A DNA stretch of 64,000 nucleotides from Marsupella aquatica (lineage: Eukaryota > Plantae > Marchantiophyta): positions 11,089,792 through 11,153,791 of the forward strand of contig OZ316894.1 of assembly GCA_973895155.1 (NCBI GenBank), given 5' to 3'. Of the stretch, positions 38,653-49,177 are shown in pieces. The stretch's first letter is position 1, and each line of letters opens with the position of its first letter. The notes under the pieces were generated by a model. That model did no database searches, was not told the DNA's origin, and saw only the letters and a program-made list of their open reading frames with translations. Both the position numbers and the translations under genes were made by a program.

Positions 38653-39235
38653 GGGCATGTATGGACATGGGTTCCATTTGTAGATCATTCTCTTAGGTTT
38701 GTGTCGTTAGATTGTGACTATGTTTGGATATGTGTGACAAACGATGTATGTTGTGTAGCGATGTGTATGTGCACGACAGCTATCACACCATTTAGAGTGG
38801 TAGTAAAGTATATCATACTATCTAGGTATAGAGGTTTTGTATGTGTGCTACATGAGCACTATGTTTAGTTTGAGTTGGTGTGAGGGATAGTTATCCCCTT
38901 GTGTTGGCTCAAAGGCCTCATCTTTCAAAGTTGAGCCTTTGAGCATGAGCTTGGTGGCTATGGTGTGGCTGACCAGGTTGTGTGCATGTAACGTGGATTC
39001 CTTGAAGCACAAGGTGCGTTGGGCTTGACATACATGTGTGATCGCGTCGGATGGGATCATTGTTGGATTAGCACCGATCGTTGTTCGATTTGCACTATTG
39101 AAGAAGATTGGGTATGTATGAACATGGGTTCCATTTGTAGATCATTCTCTTAGGTTTGTGTCGTTAGATTGTGACTATGCTTGGATATGTGTGACAAGCG
39201 ATGTATGTTGTGTAGCGATGTGTATGCGCACGACA
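38653..39235 (+). repeat. Right-end repeat block B1 (38653-38778) - GC - A2 (38781-39109) - B2 (39110-39235)
   Basis: B1 and B2 are 126-bp near-identical copies (about 5 transitions by eye), and A2 copies A1. A PPT-like AGGGGGGCGA lies at ~38632-38641. Confidence 0.95.
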
Positions 39236-39239
39236 GCTA

Positions 39240-39471
39240 CGTCCACAGCCGCACCAAGAGCTTCACTATGAACACGAAAAGTATATATCACCATAGCTCC
39301 ATGGTCCAAGCTCTCTCTCTCTCTCTCTTTCTCACAAAGTTCTCAACTAAGTGTTCGCTCTCCATGGGACACCAAGAGGGTTATCCCTTCATGAAGAGTC
39401 TAGTCAACTAATGTTAACTCTGGTTAACTTACTCTAGTTAATCTAGCCAAGGTTGAGTCGAAACCCTAACA
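39240..39471 (-). repeat. Copia-1 5' LTR, distal part
   Basis: Resumes at CGTCCAC, matches 24371-24602 and is followed by the TSD CAATG. Confidence 0.95.
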
Positions 39472-41569
39472 CAATGTTGCCCCCTGATCCTGGTCCTCCA
39501 TGGTTGCATGACACCATTCAAGGTAACTAGTGTGTTAGTGAATTGTTTGGTTTTTGTATGAAGCTGGTTGTGGTCGCCCATCCCAAATGCTACTTCTTTC
39601 ACCGTGTGCTTAACTTGCTAGTTCTTAGCTCTTGCATTGTACATGTAATCTTAGCCACATTTGATGTTTCTTATATAGTGTCTTGGGTTTTGAGTTCATT
39701 TAGAACCATAGTTTGGACCCATTCTTGATAGATTATTATGCATCATGACATTGGATTAATTCTTGCATGGCCTATTATCAAGGATCTATGCTGATCCGTA
39801 TGCCTTGATCCGTATCAGGAAGGACCTTGGCCTTGGCACGGGCCTTGGCAAAGGTTCCAATTCAAAATGAGTTGCAAACACGCTTACAATAACAAAAGAA
39901 TTGGACCACCAGGTCCGTTTCACCAACAATCAGACCAAGATCCCATTCTATCTGGATTGCAAATATGAATTCCATTTCCTAGCACTAGGAAACAATTGTC
40001 CAATCTTGCAAAACTTGGAATATATTACCAATCACTTTTGTCACGAAGACACCTTTTTGCTTAATTTCCCATTGCTCAACAAAAGATCCAATTCAATCCA
40101 CATTGAAAACTTCCAATTTGTGTTGAATGGCAACATACGATTATAATTTGATTGGAAACACCTGCTTAAGCTTTTCTTTGGAAAGGGGTCTTCGATTCAA
40201 TCAGGATCGGAGAAGAATTGGACCAAGCAATCCAATTGTTTTTGGCCTGGACAAGCAATCCAACATTTTGTAAATGACAATGATGGTTTGTTTGTGATTG
40301 GGTTGGAATGGTGATAGGACTCCAATTGTAATTTAATGGCAAAGTCCAAGACGCGTTAAATTGGACGGTCAGGTCGTACATCCAATTATAATAGAATCAT
40401 AAATCTTGGCATAATTGGAAGATGAGGATTGGACCAAGCCCCAAAATGTACTAGTGTATTCCACTGACCATGTAGAATCAGATCAATGCTTTAGAGAAAT
40501 TGTGCTTACCATGTGTTTTGATTTGTGTATCACCAAATGTAACAAATCACCAAAGGTCTTGTCCACTACAATTCTTTATTTGATAGCTATCTTGCAAATG
40601 TGCCTCAAGCGGGGCCTCAAATTCAATCCCACCAAGTTGAATTCTGAATAGAATGTCCATTCAAGTCAACCATTTTCTACTAACATGTCCCCCAATCGAT
40701 TGTAATTTGGTCTTGAATTTGGCACATAATTACCTAGAGTTTGGTAAATGTTTTTGTGTATTTTTGTGGATGTAGCCTTTGGTGAGGTGAATCACTTATA
40801 TCTTGTATAAACTACTTGTGTGTTTGTTGTATGTTGCACATGTGCATGTTGTCTTTGAGTAACAATCATTTACTCAACAACTTTGTGATTCAATTAATAA
40901 ATTAGTTTTTGAGAAATATAGTGCAAGCTCGGATTTTGTGAATAGTGAGTGATGAGCGATCATGACATCTCACAAGGAAAGGGGGGGTTTGGCTATGGTG
41001 GAGTAAACACAGATGTCCCATATTCCACATAGTGTCATCCCTGCCAAATTCTCCTAGCCAAGAGCTATACGAAGGAGCTGGCCCATAGGGAACCCAACCT
41101 GAGTCTTGGTGAGTTGACAACTCTTAGGGTAATATTTTTAATCACACATTCTTGGGCTCAATTTACTTTAAATGTGTGATTCAATGCTCTACATATGTTA
41201 GGCTGTGTTTCTAGCTAACCTATTTACTTCTATAGTACTAGTTAGGCTTCAGTAGACTAGGATAGCACGTGGTTGAATTCAAGGCTCCCAATAGACTATG
41301 GGAGAGGGCATAGGCAAGGGAAATACAAACTTGTGCGCACACATGAAGATTCATTCTCTAGAAGCTAAAAGTGAGAGGGTGAGAGGAGGCTGGAGCTCTA
41401 GCACATTGGCGGTGGCGGGTGTAAATTTTGTTTTATATTATTGGATTCTCTCATGACCGTGGATGCCTAGACGCAGTGAGAGATGTGCTTTCAATGCTGT
41501 TATTTAAATGGATGTTGTTCATATGTGTTGGCGCTGCCTTGTTTGGTCTAGATTATTTCCCAACAATTT

Positions 41570-41914
41570 TGTTGAGCATAGACGACATTCGCAACTGCAA
41601 GCCCATGAACCATCCAACGCACAAGAGTTGACACAGAGAGATACGTGGTTCACCTCCACATGAGGCTACGTCCACGGGAACACACAAGAGCTTTACTGCA
41701 CTCTAGGCCGATCGGCGATACCAAGCATCCACAACGCAAGCTCTCCCTATCTCTCAACTAGCTCCGTAACAATGAGCCTAAGTTCCACTAGGGGCTGGCA
41801 CCAGCCCTTGCAATATACACAATAGCACTACCGCTAACCTTAGCTAAGTCCTAACGCAAGTTAACCTAACTGTGGTTAGCTCATGAGTCACAAGACTAAG
41901 AGCAATACCTAACA
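41570..41914 (-). repeat. Copia-2 3' LTR
   Basis: Direct repeat of 48836-49177. Confidence 0.95.
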
Positions 41915-42110
41915 AAATCCCCCTTGACTCTTGTCTTGGGGATTGGACTAATTGCTACCATATGGAATCCTCAGTGGGAAGTTTTAGACAATCACCTAAA
42001 CAGGTCTCCCCCTAAAAACCACAAGGGTTAACTAGAACTAAGCCGTAGCCAAACTAGAATGAGGAATCCATATACAAATAGTCACACATTGCTAAATAAC
42101 TCTACTTGCA

Positions 42111-45100
42111 CTACAACTGCAAAACCTGCAAAGTAGCATGGTGTCTTGAGAAACTCTCCAAAGGAATCACTTTGGTAAAGGCATCAGCGGGATTGAGCTT
42201 TCCATCAATCTTGACTAGCTCAAAAGTTTTATCAGACACTGTTTTCCTGATAAAATGGTACCTGATATCAATGTGCTTCACCCTGCTATCCATCACCTGG
42301 TTAGCAGCCAAGTAAAGAGCACTCTGACTATCACAGTTTAGAGACATTTTGCCATGCTCTAAACACATCTTCGCGATCAACTTATCTAACCAAATTTCTT
42401 CCTTTGTTGATGTTGCTGTTGCAACATATTCCGCTCCAAGAGTAAACACAAACCCAGTTGTAGACCTCCTTGTATCCAGACAGCCTCCATAGTCAGAATC
42501 TACATAGCCAACTAACGTTCTATCTGATCTGGCATCAAATAGTAATCCATAGTCCTGTGTTCCCTTCAGATACCTGAGAATCCATTTCACAGCTTCCCAA
42601 TGTGCCTTCCCTGGATTTAACATAAATCGGCTAACCTTGCCCATCGCTAGGGCCAAGTCAGGCCTAGTACAAGTCATCAAATACATCAGACTGCATACTG
42701 CCTTCTCATAAGGAATCTTAGCCATCAAACCTTTCTCCATGACATTCGTAGGAGAGAAAGCCGATGATAACTTGAAATGTGAAGCTAAAGAAATACTCAC
42801 TGGCTTACAGTTTTCCATGTTGAATTGTGCAAGTACCTTCCTTGCATACTTGCCTTGACTCAAGCACAACTGTCCAGTATCAGAGTTCCTAAAAACCTCC
42901 ATACCTAAGATCCTCTTGGCCTTACCAAGATCCTTCATCCTGAAATTCAGAACTCAATTTCGCCTTGAGATTGTCAATCTCAGATTGATCTTTAGCCACA
43001 ATTAGCATGTCATCCACATAGATAACCAGAATGATAAATCCAAACACATCATTCTTGACTGATTTCATATACACACAAGGATCATACACCATCCTTAACC
43101 TTGAGCAAGCATGAAATCATCAAATCGCTTGTTCCACTGTCTGGGAGCTTGCTTCAATCCATACAAGGACTTGAGCAATCTGTAAACAAAGTTCTCTTGG
43201 CCCTTCTTCATAAAGCCTACTGGCTGTCGCATGAAGATAATCTCTTCCAAGTTGCCATAGAGAAAAGTAGTAACAACATCCATCTGATCCATCACCAGAC
43301 CAAAAAACACAACAAGTTGACACAAGATCCTTCTTCCAAGATCAAAGTCATATCATCATCATCGGGTGCAATGTCAATATCATCTAGCTTAGATGAGTCT
43401 GCCCATTGACCATACCTGGTAGGAGATCTAGTAGAACGACTGGAAGTTCTTCTAGTAGATGATTCAGGCTGATTTGCTGCTGCTGCTGGAAGAATTTGAG
43501 GTACCCCAGCAACTATCTGCTCCTCTTGTTCCATCACAGGAACCAGCTCCATGCCCGGAGCTTCTCCATCTCTCCTGTCATGAACATCATCATGACTAAT
43601 CTCCCCCTCAACCCGGTCCGGGATGGGAGATTTCTCCTTGTCAGTATGGGAGTCCTGAGAACTCTCCCCCTCCTTTGATGATCTGGATTTATTAAAGGAC
43701 ACATCTCTACTTACAATTAGTTTACAGGTTACTGGATCCCATAACCTATAACCCTTCACACTTTTCTGATAGCCAAGGAAAATGCACTTCTTTGACTTGG
43801 ACTCCAACTTGGATCGAAGTTGGGAAGGTGTAAGTACATAAGCATCATATCCAAAAATCCTCACATGTGAGTAATCTGTTGGACGCCCGTACCTCATTTC
43901 TAATGGCGTCTTGAATCCAATAGAACTGGATGGAGAAAAATTTACCAAATAAGCTGTAGTGTTGACAGCTTCAGCCCAAAACTCATGTGGTAAGCATGAT
44001 TGACTCAACATACTCCTCGAACGTTCCAATAGTGTTCGGTTGAGTCTTTCAAAAACACCATTTTGCTGAGGAGTAACTTGTTGTGAGATGGCGGGTAATC
44101 CTCTGCTCCTTATAATACGTTCTAAATTCACCGGAACTGTATTCATTGCCATTATCCGATCAAAGATATCTCACCTTATTACCAGTTTGATTCTCAATTT
44201 GGGCTTTCCACTCCTTAAAAGTGGCAAAAATATCAGACTTATTGTATAGAAAGTATATCCACACATACCTTGAGTAATCGTCTATGAACGTGACATAGTA
44301 TAACCGTCCAGAGTATGAGGGAGTAGGGGCTGGTCCTCACACATCACTATATACATACTCAAGTACCTCCTTGCTAGTGTGAGTTCCAACTCCGAAGGGT
44401 TTCCTGTGCTGCTTCCCAAGCACACAATGCTCACAGAATTCCAACTTACAAGATTGCAAATTAGAAAGTAATCCCTTTTTCTGAAGAATAGCCAAACCTT
44501 TTTCACTCATGTGGCCCAAATGGAAGTGCCACAGCCGGGCCGTCTCCTCATGAGATAAGGTTACATTGGCTTCATCACAGACTATATTGCCCTCCAAAAC
44601 GTATAGATTTTTATGTCTCTTTCCCTTCAATACAACTTTAGTACCAGTTGAAACCTGAAGGACACCATTAGCAGAACTCCATCGATGGCCATTTTCTTCT
44701 AAAACTCTAAATGAAATGAGATTTTCCATCATGGTGGGAATATGTTTCACATTGCTCAACGTTCTCACAACACCATCAAACATCTGAAATCTAACAGATT
44801 CAAGTCCAACTACTTGACATGAGAAATCTTCCATTTCCCATCAACACTGAACCGTTGGAAACCATGTAAGAACTGAAAAAATCTCTCCTAGAGCAAATAT
44901 GAAAAGTACATGCACTATCCAGAATCCAGTCATCACTACCTGGATTGGACACTACATTGAGAGCATAACCTTGGCATCACAATATGTCATCATCATCGAG
45001 TAAATCTACCTCATGTGTGTTTGATGCCGCATTAGCTGATGCGGTAGGGTCCTTTACTCAACAATCCCTTTTCATGTGGCTAGGCTTGCCACATCTCCAA

Positions 45101-45840
45101 CATGCAAGAGGCTTCCTCTCTTGCAATTTTCCTCTGGATTTAGATCTCCCCCATGATGTAGATCTAAATGTGTTCTGCCCATTCGTGCGTTGCGCTAGTC
45201 TTCCATGGTTCATATTCAGCGCAGTGCCAAAAGAAGATGCTGTCTGTGCTTGACCCAGCTTCTTCTGAGCATCATTAGACAGTAATGAGCTCACCACCTC
45301 ATCATATGAAATGGACTTCAGATCTCTGTACAAGAGCACTTGTTTCAAGCCCTGATAAGATGGCGGTAAGGAGCTTAGCAGAAGCAAGGCCTTATCCTCA
45401 TCTTCAACTCCCTTACCCAGATTTGTCAGACCACCGCTAGACTGTCAAACTCATCCAGGTGATCCTACAGCTTGCTCCCTTCCTTGAGCCTGAGGCTCAT
45501 CAAGAGAGCCTTCTTGTACAGTCGGTCTGACGCATCCTCCCGGTAGTACTTCTCTCTTAGAGCCTTGAACACTGACGCGCAATCCACATAATCATCCAAT
45601 TTCTTGATGATGTGCGGTTTGAGATAAAGCATCACTGCATTGACAGCAATCACCTGCTCTTGTTTCCACTGCTTCTCAGAGATCTCCTCCTCTCCATCAT
45701 ACTGCTCTCGCAAAGAGAGCAGATGAGCTAATCCCATGGCCCGGAGAAAACCCTTCACTTGTTTCTCCCACAACAAGTAATGAGTACGACCATTGTACTT
45801 CTCCACCTCAAACTTTACTCCTCCAAATCTCGCCATCTCT
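42111..45840 (-). pseudogene. Copia-2 gag-pol, disrupted; the RT N-terminus is deleted near 43325
   Basis: FEVEKYNGRT; CWRCGKPSHMKRDC; LWHFHLGHMS; TPQQNGVFERLNRTL; LYGLKQAPRQW; GYVDSDYGG; KHIDIRYHFIR. The YKARLVAKG block is missing at the IN/RT junction. Confidence 0.92.
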
Positions 45841-48835
45841 CTCTTCTTCCCAACTACCGACAACTCTGGTAGTAGAACAGCTTCCTCCACTGTACGCCGC
45901 ATCGGTGATCGTGCCGATGATACTTATTCCTCCTCAAACGGTAGCAGTTCCTCCTTAAACTTTCCGTCTGACCATTGCAATCCTGAAGCTCCACAGATGT
46001 CAGTTCTTCCAGTATCCTCTGAGTCACTCATATGAAACAATCACGAAAAAATGTCTTTTTTTGAAACTTCTCATAAAACTCAAAACTCAACACCGCCGTG
46101 TAGCTCACGAAGCTAGGAGTCCAATACTAAAAGCCAAAATCAAAATCAAAATTCGATAGAAAAATTATTCAAATTTCAGTCGGGGTGGGTAAAACCTTGG
46201 GAAACTCCCCCGTTTTGACCACCTCAGAGAATAACCAAAATACCAAGTACAACTCGTCATCAGAATTGTGATGTGATCGGTGCCTCGCGTTGCTAACTTC
46301 AATGGCTACCATCGCGCAAAAAGAGAACCAAAAAAGTTACCGTTCGGCGGATAGAATCTTTGTCGGACGGCCAAAAAACAGCTCTTTGTTTTTTGGGAAT
46401 ATTCCCACACAGTCCAACAGGTCTCACAAGGGGCCGTTCCCCTTGTCCAAACGGTGAAAGTTGGGGGTGGCAGGTCCCGGCACTCGGCACAATAAATAAG
46501 GAGGAAAGAGGAAAAATAAAGGGCTTAAGGGGGTGCTTAGTGCCCCTTAAACCTAAAAATATGCACGTATATGGGGTGGGGGTACGCCGAGGGGATGTCG
46601 GGTGGCTGCGTACGCATGAGGTGGGGCCGGGGAGCAACGGGGGGGGGGGGTCGGGGTAGGGCCGGCCGGAGGGAATCCCCCGACGTACTAAGGCAGTAGG
46701 AGGGTGGGAGGCGGAGGCGGATTCACGGCTGGCGCCGACAGGGAAAACTTCCACCGCATCGCCTTCACTCCGTGTCAAGTGCTAATCCCAGACTCAAAAC
46801 GACCGCCTTGCCGCGATCAAATCGTTGAGCCATAGCACTTTGCGTTTCTTCCACTGAGTCGGACATCACAAAGAGAAACCCGGTTCAGATGGAAACAAGC
46901 CCCATAGCTTGTGAAAAACCTTGAACGCCTCCTTCTCTTGTCACGACGCACTCGGTTACTACTCGACAGCAACTCAGCTACCAAAGCGACCAGCTCGCTT
47001 CAACCTTCAACTTGAGCTACAACATGCGACAGGTGGTGGACCTAGCCACCCAGCGCCCTCACCAATCCCAGCACATGCGCCTAAGTGCCCTTGGTGCCCG
47101 AACGCCTCCACGGAATACCTCGAGCAAGCATCCAAGTGCCTCTAGCACCCCCGCTAGCACCACCAGCGGCCCCTCCCATACGAAGCCGCACTTGCTCACC
47201 TACACGACTGTTGCTCAACGGTCCTCACTGTCTGCACAAGCAACCAAGCACCTCAGTAAGTAACCCCTCCGGATCTAGAACTCACCAAGTCTAGCATTTT
47301 AACTCAAGCTCAACAGACGTTGGTACATAGGTCAGCGATAGGTCCTCCCGATGCCATAAGCCGGAACCAGAACCCACGCCCACTGTCCGTCTAGGACAGC
47401 TCCTTCCTTGGGCATGGCCCGGGTTCCCCCTCACACCTATCCATCACCAACTGACCGCCCTGACCTCAGGACATGCTCATGGCCCAAATAGTGTAGCTTG
47501 TCCTAAAGCTTGTCCCAAGCTTGTCTCAACACGCCGGGACCAGAACGGTCCCGACTCTAACATGGACTCCCGGTTCGCCCCACTGATGGTCTAGGGACCG
47601 AGCGCCCTTGGGACTCAGCCTCCATACCTACTTGGCCTTGCCTCCCCAACGCAAGCTCCCTTGGGAGGATGAATGCGGTTTGGCTGCTGTTCGGCAGGAT
47701 CCGGCAAATGGGCGAGCTAACTCCCGCAAACCACAAGAACCCATGGCACTCCCAGACCCAGATGAGCTCAGGAGGGCGTAGCCCTCCTCAAGAGATTTCC
47801 AACGCACCTAAGAAGTCCTCCAACGGACTTCCCGTTGGGAAGATATCGCCGTTTCCGTTTGGCGGTTTTCCTTAGTGTCGCGACCGCCGCGGCTCACGAC
47901 TTCGGGTCGCCCTTAGCCCCTAGGGAGACACCACTCCTCTCATATATGCTTCTGGAGACCCGCCACCCCCGGACCAGCTTTGGTCCCTAAACATTTGGCC
48001 CCCAACCCGGATCCCATCGCGCATAATGGGCGCTCCACCAACTGGCAACGCCCATAACTTTCTTGATAGGCATCCGCAAGCGGAGTGCCTTAGCCCGTTG
48101 TGACCGGGCCGACCTAGTGCTCATGCCTAGGCCCTCAGGTCTGATCACCGCTCGGGGCCCCCGACCGACCCAACCCGGCTCGGGCCACAACTTGCGCCCC
48201 AAGCGTCCGTTGCCAATGGCGTCAACTCCATTGGCCTTGGGCCCAAGAGAAGCTCACTTCCAAGTCCTCAGAACTCAAAGCCCATCCGACGGTCCGGACG
48301 GCCATCCATGAGCCCGACCTATTTCCCCTTGACCCGACCAGCCATAGGCTAGTCCAAGTCCTTAGTTTGTGTCCCCAGCTTGGCCCCTTGCCTCGCCAGT
48401 GCCACGTCTCATTGCCCACAAGTCTCCCCATGCTAAGTCCTCCCCGGATGGCCTATCCGGGCCTGGACCATAAAGGAGCTTGGCGTCAGAGTCAGCGATG
48501 ACGGAGCTAAGTGTTAAGGTAGTCTAGTTCCGCGATTGACACCTCCCGCACTGCATAGCTCACACCGTTGAAAAAACACGAACTCTGGTCTCTCCCCCAA
48601 AAACCCGTCGAACACAAATTAAACCCTGAACGACGCAAACTTTGATTCCTCCGCACCACGGATACCGATCAGTGAGTTCTAACCACTGTTAGAAAGCCCT
48701 CTCACTAACCTATCCGCTCAGCCACACACATTCGAGTTTCATGCAATGAAACTCCGAATGTATCACCAACAATGAACGCTGGAAAACCCGTCACAAAAAA
48801 ACCGCGTCACCTCCCAAGCAAGCTCTAATACCAGT

Positions 48836-49177
48836 TGTTGAGCATAGATGGCATTTGCAACTGCAACCCATGAACCATCCAATGCACAAGAGTCGACAGA
48901 GAGAGATACGTGGTTCACCTCCACATGAGGCTACGTCCACGGGAACACACAAGAGCTTTACTGCACTCTAGGCCAATCGGCCATACCAAGTATCCATAGG
49001 GCGCTGTCCCTATCTCTCAACTAGCTCCGTAACAATGAGCCTAAGTTCCACCAGGGGCTGGCACCAGCCCTGGCAATATACACAACAGCACTACCGCTAA
49101 CCTTAGCTAAGTCCTAAACTGAGTTAGCCTAACTGCGGTTAGCTCATGAGTCACAAGACTAAGAACAATACCTAACA
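48836..49177 (-). repeat. Copia-2 5' LTR
   Basis: Direct repeat of 41570-41914, adjacent to the PBS. Confidence 0.95.

Larger units (their letters stand above)
29868..39235 (+). mobile_element. Ty3/gypsy-type retrotransposon encoding a DNMT3-like methyltransferase and a PHD finger, with split direct repeats (A1...B1-A2-B2)
   Basis: Starts TGTC and ends GACA. 4-bp TSD GCTA at 29864-29867 and 39236-39239; removing the element restores the copia LTR. Domain order Gag-PR-DNMT-RT-RH-IN-PHD. Confidence 0.92.
24272..39471 (-). mobile_element. Full-length Ty1/copia LTR retrotransposon (copia-1) with a nested gypsy-type insertion in its 5' LTR
   Basis: TG...CA LTRs; 5-bp TSD CAATG at 24267-24271 and 39472-39476; iMet PBS; PPT; gag-PR-IN-RT-RH domain order. 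Confidence 0.95.
41570..49177 (-). mobile_element. Full-length Ty1/copia LTR retrotransposon (copia-2), defective
   Basis: LTRs at 41570-41914 and 48836-49177 (TGTTG...TAACA); TSD AATTT at 41565-41569 and 49178-49182; PBS TGGTATTAGAGC at 48833-48822; PPT TCAAGGGGGATTT next to the 3' LTR. Confidence 0.95.

Noticed and set aside
38643-39109. Conventional 3' LTR starting TGTGGG right after the PPT-like tract
   Set aside because: The left end lacks B, and the TSD-defined ends are 29868 and 39235, so a normal two-LTR model does not fit this copy.
29868-39235. DIRS/Ngaro/PAT tyrosine-recombinase element
   Set aside because: Despite the split repeats, it encodes an aspartic protease and an HHCC-DDE integrase, no YR motifs were seen, and it has TG...CA ends with a TSD.
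39480-40750. TCCAA/TTGGA-rich tract also seen at ~23980-24270, possibly an older element split by copia-1
   Set aside because: No termini, TSD or coding motif could be defined, so it was not called as a feature.
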